A stretch of DNA of 64,000 nucleotides from Nemertoderma westbladi (GCA_032718475.1 JAUCBJ010001489.1:1-64000); one strand, 5' to 3'. Positions 49,291 through 63,094 are shown, counted from the first letter of the stretch. The notes: generated from the letters alone by a model not told the origin. Numbers and translations are program-made.

Positions 49291-51185
49291 CTAACTCAAA
49301 AAAAAATGGTTTGCGTAAACAATCATTTACAGCCAAGGTGTAGGCTTGTTTTGCGATTCTAGAATCTGGCATTGTAATAAGTTTTAGCCAATATTTTAGA
49401 ATACTCACTTTCCTTTCAACTATGAGCGGGAAAATACCATACTCGCCGTACACCATATAGTTTGGAGTTGACGATTTCAATTTAAGCACTCTTTTTAAGA
49501 AAGACAGCTGGATCCGCTCGATACCCAATGCAGGGCAAAATCCCCAGACCTCACAACCGTAATTTAAAATAGGTTTAATAAGACATTGAAACAGTTTGCA
49601 TAAAAGTTGCACAGGCACCGTAGGAAAACAATACATATACCTCGACAACGAAAATACAACAACTTAATACACAATACAACAGCAACAAAATACACACAAC
49701 AATTATTTCTGAGCTGCTAAAGAGCTACCCCCTGAGGACAAAACAACTCCCAGGTACAAATTGTGACACCACCTGAACGGGAGTGCCATTGTAAGTCCAT
49801 GTATCCAGTGGGGACATTGACCCCGCCTTTTTAAAGACAACCACTTTAGTCTTATCAAGGTTTACACTGAGTCCCCAGAACTTACAGTAGTCCGACAAAG
49901 CATGTAAAGATCTCTGCAGACCAAGGGACGAGTGGGAAACGAGTACAATATCGTCCGCATAGAGTAACATAAACAGTTGTAAGGTAGCGATGTCCAAGCT
50001 GTCAACCCCACATGTAGACATGTGGCTCTCAAAGTCATTGAGAAACAGTGAGAAAAGATTCGCCATGTAAGACTCCAGGTCAGGTCAGGTTGTGGTTGAC
50101 TATGTTCTACGCATGTCCTTAGATCATCATAATGATGATGGGGTGATGATAACTCCACCTACTGGTTCCAGAAGTCGAGGAAATCCTGCCAAGTACCTAA
50201 CTGATCTAGACTTTGCTGATGACTTAGGAGTACTCTCAGAATCATTAGAGGGAGCCCAACGGCTCCTCAGCTCATTAGAACATGCTGCTTCTAGTGTTGG
50301 TCTTTTTATTAACTCCAGAAAGACCAAAATTCTGACTGTTAACTTTGAAAGTCCTCAGCAAGTCTCTGATCGGATGAGCATAAGCTCAAAGGATGGTATG
50401 CTTGAGCATGTGGACGACTTCTGTTACCTGGGATCATGGATCCGGAAGTCAGGTGAGGACCTTCGAATACGTAAGGGAAAGGCATGGACAGCCTTGAATA
50501 GGCTTTCCAGGATTTGGAAATCACCGAGAATTAATCGGAAACTTAAGGTCCGATTATTTAGAGCAGCAGTAGTTCCAGTACTCCTCTACGGGAGTCCATG
50601 CTGGGCTCTAACTGCTGAGGACACCAAATCTCTGGATGGCACATTCACAAGAATGCTACGCCGGGTTCATTGTGTCAAGTACAATGCACACATCTCCAAC
50701 CAGACACTATATAACATTGGAGGTGTCTCATTGGTTCCCCCAAGCTGGACACTAGAACAAAATCGCCTCCGCTTTGCAGGACATTGCTTTCGCCGTGAGG
50801 ACCAGCCAGTGCATAATCTTGTACTTTGGCAGCCTCATGGAGTGAATAAGCATGGTGGACAGCCCATGACTTTCTTGAGACGCATCTTAAAGGACACTGG
50901 CCTTAAAGATGCGGATGATCTAGCAAATGTCATGGGTGATAGGGAGTTGTGGCGGTGCAATTTTGTTGACAAGCCGGCACAGCATTCTTAAAAATGCAGC
51001 TGCAATGCAGCATGCCGATCCTAGTAGTAGTAATGTAAGACTCCAGCTAGACAGTCAAAAGATTGTGAAAATTGACCATCCCAACGAACACGTGATTTTA
51101 TTGCCTTATACATTTCCTTAATAATATTAAAAATTCTCCCGCAAAAACCCATGTTACTTAATTTTAACCAGAGTGCCTGTCTGTC
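49286..51185 (-). mobile_element. RTE-X-like LINE RT fragment interrupted by an RTE insertion
   Basis: ALWLKL...IKEMYK...GVLHGE at 51047-51185 continues as LFSLFLND...LLYADD...GLQ...NLDKTK and PILNYGCEVWG. Confidence 0.85.
50079..51032 (+). mobile_element. 5'-truncated RTE-clade LINE with uninterrupted partial ORF (50092-50991) and (TAG)n tail
   Basis: DLDFADD, INSRKTK, FCYLGS, VLLYGS, RLRFAGH; 14-bp TSD atgtaagactccag at 50065-50078 and 51033-51046. Confidence 0.93.
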
Positions 51186-51862
51186 CTGTCTGTCTGTCTG
51201 TAAATGTAAATGGTGATTTAATAATCTGAAAAAAATGATATATTATTGGTGTAGTGTATGCCGCCCTCTGTTGTTCATTTTTTTAGAATCTTCATTTTTT
51301 TCAGATTATTAAAATATATTATAATAGTTGATTTTCAGAATTTTCAGAATGGCAAAATCTTGTTATTGACGAAAGTATGTCTGTTTCTGCCTAATTGGTA
51401 GCTGAGGCGAGTTCTAAGTTGAAGGGTGTTAAATTTGGTTTTACATCAGATTGCTTAATTAATGGGGGGGGGGGGGCTACCCCCAAAAACAATTAGTCGT
51501 CCCCCAAAAATAATTACTTGTCAATCTAAAGAAATTATTCCAGCACCAAATATTTTATATTAACTACGATTTGGTCAGTTGCCATGCTTCAGTTACAGTA
51601 TTCGTACTGATAGGCCTATTGCCTTCAGAACAACGTATTCTGTTATTAGGTTTCGTACCAATATACCTACAGCAATCACCCGTTTTTTATGTCACACCCG
51701 AAATTGGGTGTGCCAAAAATAAGGAACCACTAAGTCTTCTAACTAAGTCTTCTAACACTAAGGCTTCTTTCTATATTACAGCTTCTACTGCTAATATTAC
51801 TAAGGGGTTGCTGGTTATTTATCTCCATTGTAAGTATCTACTGTTATGTTATTATTGTTTAG

Positions 51863-52815
51863 GTCCTGCAGGAAGCTATTGCTGTAACAGAGGAGGATCA
51901 GATTTCGGTTGCAACAGCGATTTTCACCGCTGTATCAGAGCTTGTCCTCCCCACTGTGTTCGGCCGTTCGGCTCCTCAGCCGCCAGAGGTAAATTTATCT
52001 TATAATTAGTGTTGGGCCGTTCATAAAGGGATTCTCGGTTACGGAATAGCTAGACTCTATAGTTTTTAATACCCGGTCTCTTATGTTCAATTAAATATCA
52101 TATGTATATTATTTTATTCCTTTATAGTTTGTAATTGTAATTTAATAAGATATATTCACTCCTACCGGCTTATTTATTTCTTTATTACCATTTTGCACAG
52201 GATACGTCCTGCAGGAAAGAACAACTCCTATCGGTTCTAGACGACGGGCATACTGAATATCTGCGCATAGCGCAGATAGGAGAATCGATGTCCGAAGGTT
52301 CGGATGTTTGTAGTCTTGGATCCGGGGATTCTATGCGAAGTAGAGCAGTGGATCCAGATATATTATATATTTACCTATTAATTCATCTTCTTTTTATCTT
52401 GTAACTGAAATTACTTTAGAAATTAGTTTCGGTAAAACAAATAAAGTTACTGTCCTTGTTTTTCATTACCAGTACCAGTACTACATTAATATAGGGACAA
52501 AACATAAAGTAATAATTTAATTAAAATTTGTTTTCAGTTTTCAGTTCAAGAAAGCCCGCAAACGTAAGGGATGCCGTATTTGTTCGTACTGTCAGGGGCG
52601 TTGCGGCAAGAAAAAGTACCACGCCAGAACAACCTGCGTCATGAGAAAATACCACGTTCTCAGATATAACAGCTCAAACCATGGACGAAGGTCTTCTCAT
52701 AGAAAGAGAGAGAGAGAGGGAGTTACTTAGAGAGGACGTCGAAATGGTAGACGTTGACGTAGGAATCGGTAGCAGTGCTGCCCAGCACGGCCGCCAGAAT
52801 GACCCAGTACGGATG
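51863..52815 (+). pseudogene. Three exon-like GC-richer segments of an unidentified spliced gene with a CCHC-like knuckle
   Basis: ttag|51863-51988|gtaaat joins in frame to cacag|52201; ttcag|52545 encodes CRICSYC...HARTTC; donor gtgagt at 52816. Confidence 0.4.
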
Positions 52816-53954
52816 GTGAGTTAGCTGAATTATATTGCGAGATATGCATATAGATTGGATATATATAGACTCCTATCCAGTAGTTTTGAATAACTCGGGG
52901 CCCCTGCGGAAATTACAATCACAGTCGCGTTGATAGAAATAAAATCTTATTAAATTTGAACACTAAATATATTTTTATAATATATATAAATCAATAAATA
53001 AAAATTCTATGCTGGGTAGCTATGTAGACACCCACAGAAAGTTTCAGACTAATTGTTCAAAAATTGTAGAAGTAGTAGGGTTTTGAAGTTGACAATTTCA
53101 TAAAAAAAATATTTTGAGATAATCGACCTTTCATTATACATAGTAATAGTAATTTCAATAGCTGAAGGCTATTGCCCCCCCAAAAAAAAATAAAATTAAA
53201 AATAAAAATGCCCCTCAAACCACAGCTGTTGTTAACCAGAGTTGTACTACTGTCAATCAACCCAAAGGAGCCCAAATCGCGGTATATTGTGTTTGTGACA
53301 CATGAGGTACAATATCTTGAGCGACGTATTATCTAAAATGTCAGAGAGCCCATTAAAATTACATTATTAGTTCACACTTTAAAATTAAACTATAAAAAAC
53401 TGTGACATTAAAAGCGAATAAAATAAATAAATAAAATTAAAAATTAATTAAAAACAAACAAATACTATTTTTTATAGCGTACAATAAATTTCATCACGAT
53501 TTGTAATTTATAAATAATAGTAATCTTGTTTCTATTGCCGGTATATTACTGATGATTAATTTGTTTAAGAAATAATATAATTTATAATATATCTATAATA
53601 AATAATCTATAATATAATTTGGTGGGTTAAGGCCCCATATTCCATAAAAGGAAAGAAAAACGCCTCTCTCTGAACAGGTACACTATCATGGGGAGTGGGA
53701 ACTGGCCAGTGTTTGCTATTAAAAAAAATTATTATTATATATTCTTTATTAAAAAAAAATTTTGTAATAAACTATTATATTATGAAGATTATTTATAATC
53801 ACTTGTAAATCTTTCAAATCCTCCTAATCACTGAAACATGGTGACTGGTAACTGAAACAGAAGGTCGTGCTGCGGGCCTTCGGGGGCTTCGAACAATTAA
53901 AATAGGCAAGCTATTTACTCTTCTGCTATATCTCTTCTAGCACCTATAAATGAA

Positions 53955-54078
53955 CATGCTGACGTCAGATTTTGGCTGACCCCCTCCCCTTCCCTCATCA
54001 GCACGTCATCAGATTTTCCCACCCCCACCCCCCCCCCCCCCCCCCCTAAAGTGCTGACGTCATACTTGGACGGCCCCA
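53955..54078. mobile_element. PIF/Harbinger-like MITE 3' end
   Basis: tgctgacgtca repeats and terminal tgacgtcatacttggacggcccc. Confidence 0.5.
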
Positions 54079-54989
54079 TATCTTGAGCGAGGTCTTGTGG
54101 TCTAACATACCACTGACGCCAAGATAACCGCCCAAATCATGGGTGTGGGCAGCCAGACAGCTATGCCCACACACGTTTCGTTTGCACTGATAGACCAACA
54201 TTGTGGTCCCTGATCGAACTGCAGACCGCCCTTTCTTCTCCATCATTGTCATCTCCTTTTTGCAATATTTGCAGTTTGGAGGCAGCTCTCCCAACCCATG
54301 GGTGTTACACCATCGCTATATGTGATATGGCCATCGATGTAAGAAACCTCTATATAATAAAGATTAATGTCTTTGAGGCAATCGAGATCGCAACCAGGGG
54401 CATCACAATCCAGTTTCATCATATTGTAGGAATTCGTAGTACAGTAGCAGAGTAGTACCGGTATTAACAGAGTCTGTCAGGGTATGTAATGCTAGCTTAT
54501 AACTCAGTATATCACAGGCATTGCTATATATCCAACCCAAACAACACTTTTAAGTGCTAGCTTATAACTCAGTAGTCAGTATCATAGGCATTTCTTTATA
54601 TAGTATTGAATAGATAATGTATCTTGTTACAGGACATTGATAATGAATGCAAAATAATTTGATAATGAATGCAAAATAATTTAAAATCAGTCAAGTTCAG
54701 GTAAAATTCAAACCTTCAAATAATAAAAAAAAAATATTGTATGCAGTGTGTGGGTGGAGGACATATCCTGATGCTAGTCGAGGCAGCCATGCCATATTAG
54801 GCCTACTAGTCTAATGAAATAAATATAGGAAATTCTACTATTTTAAAAAAAGTATTCCTATATTACTAAAATTCCTATTTTTTAAATTTATTGAATAATT
54901 TATTGCAAAATACTCTATCAACACCAAGTTAATTGAGGTGTTGGCCCTTAAAACAACCGTTTGGGGTTGGGTACTAAAATATACTATGA

Positions 54990-55291
54990 TTTATAGATTG
55001 TCTTAGGGCTAGGTAGAACTGTTTCTGTCCTGTTTTGTTGAGGTGAATTTCATCTTGAAGAAGGGGTTTATGTGGGTCAGTAAATCAATCCCCTTACTGC
55101 CAAGGATTACCGCAGTCTGTTTCCTTCAAATATGACCTCTTGGATGTGTTAAAAGCAGTTCTTTCCTTATAAGGGAAGATCCTGAATAGGGGAATTGATG
55201 TCTTCACCATTTCTAAGCAGTCTTTTGTTGGCTTATGGCGTAAATCATTACCCATAAGAGAAACAATAGTTATGCATGGATTGTGTTCCAA
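54990..55291 (-). pseudogene. SGNH/GDSL esterase domain remnant
   Basis: SLMGNDL (block III) and LLQDEIHLNKTGQKQFY (block V DxxH) with intervening stops. Confidence 0.65.
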
Positions 55292-56344
55292 ATATTGAAT
55301 GGATTAGTTGAAATTATTTTATTCATTTTATATACGTATTATATCCATCCCGTTCTTTTTAAATACTAACCAGGCCTTTGTCTAAAAAAATATTTGTTCT
55401 AGAACATTAATTTTTTCAAAATAAAATGGCTAAATTTCAAAAAAAATAAATTATCAAAAACTAGCTAGTAAATATTTAATTTGGTGAGAGGTGTATGCAT
55501 ACTGAACCAGTACCCACTATTTTACAGTCAAAATAGCCAAGTTGCTATAAAAGTTTCCGGCCACTTTGCTGGTGAAGTTGCTGGTAAAGTTGCCACGTGT
55601 AAACATTAAACAGCGATTAAATTAAATTGCTCCAAACACATTGCTAGTTGCCGAGAAAGTTGCTCTAAAAGTTGCCACGTGTAAACAGGCCTTTAGGACA
55701 GGGGGCATTGTTTTGTAGGGGCCATATCCTTTTTAATGGCCTTTTAAGTACATGGTCTAAAGTAGGCCATTTTGCTGCTATTAAAATTCAATAAACATGT
55801 CCACTTTCAGTGAGAAATAGTAAATAAATTCAGAAAATAAAAAAAGTTAATGAAAATATAAATCGTAAGATCGATATTATGAAATGTAAGCAAATAAGAC
55901 AATACCGATGGATCGTAATATTGTTATTTTCGCAGACTACATATTAAATTTAGAAATGAAGCGACATATTAAACACCTTTAACTAAGAATTATATTTTGT
56001 CATGAAATCGGCTATTTCTCCGCCGATTTTTGCTGGAATGATTTGAAATTTGTTCAGAAATGTTGACACTTGTTCAGAATACCATTTGCACAAAAAGGCA
56101 CTTTTGGCCACAGCAGAGTGCCATTTTGTGGCCTATTTTTTTAATTATTTGGTTTGGCCATTTTTAAACACACCAGATGATAATTAGTACCACAAAAAAT
56201 AACTTTCAAATATAGTTTAAGATTTCAAAATGTTTCAGATTTAGTCATTAAAAACGTATGTTAATTCTAGGAAAAGTTAAGGGATTTGAATATTGAGTAT
56301 TTCTGTGAATACAGACTCAGACACACACGGGCACGATGTTACTC

Positions 56345-58065
56345 CCCCCCCCCATGTTACTTCCCAGTCCCACCGTTGTTAACAACAGTTATTGTATCAT
56401 ATAATAAAAAATATAGGTCTACATCCACTGAAGTGCCCATCGTGAAGTGAAATCCCAAGTGAAGTGCGATATCAAGATTTCCTTAGAATATGCCCTGAAT
56501 TAGAAATACAGAGATATGAAATGGCCCTAAAACCTAAAACAAATATATTAAATGGCCTTCCCAGGAAAATACACCCATGTTAGATTGAGTTCATAATCTA
56601 CAGTTAATTACTTTAAATTTATTAACAGTGGCCCCTTTATAATATCAAAATATAAAATATGGCCCTAAATTCATAAATTAATTTTATTGATGTCTATTGG
56701 CAGAAATAGACTGGCAGACAGACATGTGTCAAACGGAAAAGACAGGGGGAAGGATAATTGGGATTACAATCAGAGATGTGAGGCAAAGGTGGCTTCTACT
56801 GCTTGCCTTGCCATTTGCCCATCGCCTTATAAGTTAATAATAAAAGTAAGTAATAATCGGTTCGTAAGTGGCTTGTAAGCCGCTTGCAAAAGGCATTATA
56901 TTATTATGGTCGTAAAGTGAAATCCTTTTCCAGTTTCGTTATTTATGATATGTTAAGCTGAAACTTGTGAAATCAGTACTATAGTACCTGTAAATTTCAA
57001 ATTATATCAGGCTCAGCATATTATAGTTACCCCCCTCCCCTCATACCTCCCACCGTTGTTTACAGCAGTTATTGTATTATATAATAATAATATCCACCAA
57101 AATCCCAATTGAAGTGCGATATCAAGATTTCCTTAGAATATTCCCTGAATTAGAAATACAGAGATATGAAATGGCCCTAAAACCTAAAACAAATATATTA
57201 AATGGCCTTCCTAGGAAAATACACCCATGTTAGATTGAGTTCATAATCTACAGTTAATTATATTAAATTTATTAACAGTGGCCCCTTTATAATATCAAAA
57301 TATAAAATATGGCCCTAAATTCATAAATTAATTTTATTGATGTCTATTGGCAGAAATAGACTGGCAGACAGACATGTGTCAAACGGAAAAGGCAGGGGGA
57401 AGGATAATTGGGATTACAATCAGAGATGTGAGGCAAAGGTGGCTTCTACTGCTTGCCTTGCCATTTGCCCATTGCCTTATAAGTTAATAATAAAAGTAAG
57501 TAATAATAGTAAAGTGAAATCCTCCTCCAGTTTCGTTATTTATGATACGTTAAGCTGAAACTTGTGAAATCAATACTATAATACAACCTGCGCTGCATCA
57601 TTGGGGAGAAACTGATCCATAGGGCCTATGCAGATTTTTAAGTTTTTTATATGCAGTTTTAAATTTCACAAAATTTAAAACCTTCGATATTTCATATTTT
57701 ATAATCATTTTGACGTGACACCTGGCAATCATTATAGTAATAATTAAGGTGCATAATACTAGCACAGGCACATTTTCCATTCAAAAACGTGCATTTATAA
57801 TCTCTGTACCTGTAAATTTCAGATTATATCAGGCTCAGCATATTATAGTTAACCCCCTCCCCTCATACCTCCCATACCGTTGTTTACAGCAGTTATTGTA
57901 TTATATAATAAATAATATCCACCAAAATCCCAATTGAAGTGTGATATCAAGATTTCCTTAGAATATTCCCTGAATTAGAAATACGGAGATATGGCCCTAA
58001 AACCTAAAACAAATATATTAAATGGCCTTCCTAGGAAAATACACCAATGTTAGATTGAGTTCATT
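56345..58065. repeat. Tandem array of ~650-bp units
   Basis: 56687-56860 matches 57337-57510; partial third unit 57810-58065; inverted copy at ~60600-61040. Confidence 0.92.
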
Positions 58066-58160
58066 TTACGGGGTGCTTCAAGAGGGGCATGGCGCTTCTC
58101 CGGAGAGACAAATTTTAGATTTTTCGATTCTACTTCGTATAAGACATTTCTTTTCCTTAA

Positions 58161-59732
58161 CCCTATTAAACCCGGGGGGGGGGTCAATATGACCACCCCC
58201 CGTGGTTTTTTTATTATAATTCTGAAACAAACGCAGTTGGGAATCTGAAATTTTATGACTTTTCCTAAAAATCTATTGTCTTCATGGTAGTGAAAACCGT
58301 TTTCAAAAATATTGGGTATTTTTCGAGTTATAGCACCATTTTTTAACCCTACTTTTGGCACTTTTTTTGAGACGTTTTTTGAAAATTACATTTCATTAAA
58401 TATGATTTGTAACATCTCTATTTTTGATTTACACCGTTTTTTGGTGTTAGAAATTGGATGGAATTCATATAAATTGATTTAGAAACTTCAAACTTGTTTT
58501 TTTCGATGGGTGCCAAATTTTGGTGCCAGCACCAAATTTTGAAATAAGTCAATTTTGTAAATTGATTGTTTGAAACTTGTTTTTTACGCAATTGGGGTTT
58601 TTTGGGGTTCTGGATTCGATGAAATATATACGAGTTGCACCAAGCGTATCAAACTTGTATTTTTCGGTGCTGTGTGCAAATTTTGGTGCTAGCACGAAAT
58701 TTTGAAAATCCATTCAATATATAAAATTGCTTGTGACAATTTATTTCTTGCGTTTTAGAGGTTTATGGCTGTTCTGAATTCAATGGAAAATATAATTATC
58801 GAACTAGACATCTCAAACTTGTATTTTTCGGATGTGGGTGCAAAATGTGGTGCTGGCACCAAATTTTGAAAACCATCAAATATATCAATTGATTGTGTCA
58901 CCTTGTTTCTTGCGTTAAACGGGTTTGTGATGGTTCTGAATTCAATGGAATCAGTAAAAATTTCATAAGAGTTCTCAAACTTGTATTTTTCGCCGGTGGG
59001 TGAAAATTGTTGTGCCAGCACCAAATTTTGGAAAATATGCAAATTGATAAGTAGATAGTATCACCTTGTTTCTTGCGTTATACGGGTTTATGAGGGTCCT
59101 GAATCCGATGGAATCAATAAAAACAGCACTGGACATCGCAAAATTGTACTTTTTGGTGATGGGTACGAAATTTGGTGCTAGCACCAAAATTTGCCAAATT
59201 ACGCCGAAAAATACAAGTAGCAATGATCTGGCATATTAGAAATGTATTCCACTTAGAATCAGCGCCCTCGAAAACCAGAAAATGTGAATTTATATCATCG
59301 TTTAAGTGAATTAACAATTTTGTGTTCTAACTGAAAAGTGCTGGTTACTTGTTTTTTTCATTTTTTTCCTACGCAGAGAGGACTAAACAGCCATTTATAG
59401 TAATCATATCATTTTTAAATATTTTCCAATGTATTTTGCACCCCAAAAAACCTGTATTGAAAAATAATTAGCTGAAAATGTAACTTTCAAATTTTGTGAA
59501 AATTGTGCACTACTTGTAATTTTGGTGCTGCAATATAACCACCCCAGTACATTTTTTCGAAAATTTTTTTTTTCGGTCGGATCCAGACAAGTGATACCTA
59601 CGTACAAACAAAAAATCAGATGTTTTCGTAAATATTTGTAGATTTTAGAGGGGGGGGGGGGGGTCAATATGACCCCCCCCCCCCCCCCCCCCCGGTATTT
59701 GTACAACATTTTATAGCCCAGTACTAATAGGG
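58161..59732. mobile_element. Non-autonomous piggyBac-like element
   Basis: ttaa|ccctatta ... taataggg|ttaa; subterminal gggggtcaatatgacc at both ends; internal ~165-bp repeats. Confidence 0.88.
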
Positions 59733-60599
59733 TTAATACGGAAATTTATTTTATGATGTTGTTATTTAATGAATGTGTTGTTCAAATACCCGTTAGAGTA
59801 ACAACATAACAACATAAATAATTATAACTCCTACTTTTGGTCTACAAATGTAGACCTTGAGCGCTATTGGGTTTTAATTCTAACTAATTTTAGGGCTAGC
59901 AATAATTATAGTTTTAATGTTAAGACCAAAGACACTAGAGTGTACAAAACAAAGAGGTAAAGTCGCTTTAAGTCCCATTGCCATTTAAAGGAGCAGGTTA
60001 CAGAAGCGTGCTGGCGGAACCAAAACAATAAACGAAAGTTAACACATTTTACAAGATTATGCAGGTTACTTAATTGGGCCTTGGTTCTTTACTTTGTACT
60101 CACCCCTAATATTGTCTCTAATTGACAAAAAGGTATCTGGAGATGTATTAAGAATTATAAGATCCTTGAAGAATAACTCTAATAATTTTTGTCGTCAAAT
60201 GAAACGTAGACCTATGGATGCATCAACGGAAGAGGTGAAGTCACTTATCCTAGATCAATCAAAATGAGGTAGCTGCTTGTATAAGGAATTCTACAATTGT
60301 TTAGTCACATTGGAAGAACAATATTACAGGCGTGCATTAATGTGTGCAATGCGTGCATGTGTTAGCCTATGTTCGGGGTGTATTCTAATTATGTTCTAAC
60401 TGTGTTCTCGTGTGTTCCCTTATGTTCTATAATTATTTCTATTCGGCGTGCAAAGGCTTGATCCAGACCCCTCTAACCATCTCACAATCCAGTCAGGCAG
60501 CCTTAGATTTGGCAAAAATGGAATCTGCGTCGATAACATCACATAATATGCTGAGTCTCTTATAATCTGAAATTTCTTAACAGAGATTAAAGCTACATG

Positions 60600-61040
60600 T
60601 TTTTGTATGGAAAATGTGCCTGTGCTAGTATTATGCACCTTAATTATTAATATAATTATTGCCAGGTGTCACATCAAAACGATTATAAAATACGAAATAT
60701 GAGAAGGTAAAATTTTTGAGTATTTGGCCCTCTAGCAGTGGACTGGGGAACTGCATATGGATTCTCCCCAATGATGCAGCGCAGGTTGTATTATAGTATT
60801 GATTTCACAAGTTTCAGCTTAAACGTATCATAAATAACGAAACTGGAGGAGGATTTCACTTTACTATTATTACTTACTTTTATTATTAACTTATAAGGCA
60901 ATGGGCAAATGGCAAGGCAAGCAGTAGAAGCCACCTTTGCCTCACATCTCTGTTCGTAATCCCAATTATCCTTCCCCCTGTCTTTTCCGTTTGACACATG
61001 TCTGTCTGCAAGTCTATTTCTGCCAATAGACATCAATAAA
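60600..61040 (-). repeat. Inverted copy of the 56-58 kb repeat family
   Basis: Reverse complement of ~57330-57785. Confidence 0.9.
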
Positions 61041-61179
61041 ATTAATATATATATATATATATATATATAAATGCCATCAGTCAGTCAGTACCGACCTCCT
61101 GGCTCCTGGTACAGTTGTAGTACAGTAGTACCTATCAGAACAGTCAGTAATCTTATTATTATTATTTTTCCCCCAGGTA

Positions 61180-61848
61180 TCACATGGAGCGACCACCACT
61201 ACAGTCTAAAGCCACGTGGAGTGGCAGGTAATATGTCCTGTCCGTGTTCGGTTCGTCGACCGGTAACTCCATGGCCCATCCTTTCTCGACGTACTTCTTA
61301 ATCGTTCTGTGGATGTACTCATTCTTCTCGGGGCTCCGTTTTAGTGTTTGTTTCAGCTTGCGGAGTCTCGTGAGTACCATCCCTCTATTATCGGGCAGTG
61401 GTATCTTCGGTAGTTTCCATACCATTCCTATAGTATACCGCCCCTCATCGCATGTCATCGATTCCTCCACTCTTTGTAAAGCCTGCTTGTCTTCTACCGA
61501 GGTCCCGACCCTGGTCTCTTTCAGTCCCTCGAAATCTTGTCTGAGCAGTCTTTTAAGCTGCTCCTCTGCTCCCTCATCACCCATTTCCTGCATTGTTCCC
61601 GCGAACATGCATCCTGATGTCTCCGACATCCTAAATGGTATCTTGCTCTTGATTGGGCCACTCAGCGTCCACCCGAATGGTGTTAATATCGCCACCGGGT
61701 CACACTGCTTGTCTTCGCCGAAGACCGTTTGCATTCTTTCGTGGGCCGTTGGGCAGTCCATTCCTACTATGATGGATACCTTCCTAACGTCCACATCTGG
61801 GATTGAGAAGTCAATGTCGTCCAGGAATTTATATTGCTCGACCTCGAT
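61180..61848 (-). pseudogene. BEL/Pao pol fragment (protease to RT start)
   Basis: VSIIVGMD...PVAILTPFGWTLSG; SVEDKQAL; GRYTIGMVWK...LPDNRGM; YVEKGWA; YYLPLH. Confidence 0.9.
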
Positions 61849-62147
61849 GTTAATTTTATTCAGTTCATAAAGGTTTAGAATTATAATTGCACAATTTCAA
61901 TTTACTTTTATTTCCAATATCTTGCTGAATGTTTGATACATCTGATGCAGAAAACAATATTTGTTTTTGTCAAGGATTTGCAGAAATCGTCTGTCTTAGA
62001 GGAAGAAAATAACGTAACTCATTAAAATCGTAACTCTTTCAATCTCTGACTAAATTATACCAAACTTGGTAAACATGTAATCTTGTCTATCGGCTAAAAT
62101 AAACACAATTTGCTAAAATTTCCCCTATAATGTTTTTTTTCCTATAG
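61849..62147 (-). repeat. Dispersed repeat, inverted copy of 15392-15689
   Basis: Near-identical reverse complement. Confidence 0.9.
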
Positions 62148-63094
62148 AGCAATCTTATACATTGACAAGACTTATAAAATAATTGATGTTGAATAATTAT
62201 TATTAAGATTAAAATATATTATTATGACCCTCCAACCGGTTGCTTCCCACTCCCAGACAGTCACCGACCCACCCCTATAGGTTCACGAGGCAAAGCGGTT
62301 CCTGTCCGTAGAAACTGCGACTCTGAAGTAAGCGATAGTATCTCCGGATCGCGATAGATATTCCTTTTTGTGGAGAGTTGATGAGTTTATGATACAGGGG
62401 AGGTTGTTGTAAAACACAAAGACAACCTCATCGGTTCTGGTTGACTTAGAATCGACAGTTCTTCAGTATTACTCTAATATAAAAGGTTTATACAGTATAA
62501 AGGGTTTGCTTTAAGAAAGTGGGGAATACCAGTCACTCTGTCCACTGGAAAACTTAAATATGGCTACTGCAAGCTATAATCTAAATAAGTTAATTATAAA
62601 TTGCATTTGCATACCTGCCCACTGCCTGAAACCAAACTGTTGTGTTGGAGACACACTCGTTATATGCAACTTCAGCGGCACAAAGACCCATTGACCCATT
62701 TCATCCACCGTCGAAGTCGACGACTTGAACCAGCCACAGATATCCCATCCTCCCCCCGTAGCGAGCGACCTCCGCTTGAACATGAGCACGAAGCTCCTCA
62801 TTGCTAATCTTCTGATCAATACACTATATTGGAAGGAAGTTTAATAATTTACTATTACTACTATAAGTAAGCATCCAACTCATCTTAGCCTTAAAAAAAT
62901 TATCAGACGACTAATATAAGTGTAAATAATTTGGCTTAGAATTTGCATACCATGTAATAGGGACCTTACGCTTACATGTATGCAGTAGCGTGTGGGCGTA
63001 GCTATTGGTGCAGGCGTAGGTGTGAAATCTTATGTCGGATATTCTTATTTAATTTCGATAAATGTACGTTTTCAAAAGTTCTATTATGGTAATT

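Noticed and set aside
54046-54294. C-x2-C...C-x4-C ORF resembling a Merlin/IS1595 zinc ribbon
   Set aside because: No DDE domain or TIR nearby; too short to call
56687-57558. Repeated short ORF MMSIGRNRLADR
   Set aside because: Starts at TTG inside a non-coding repeat unit; identity reflects DNA duplication
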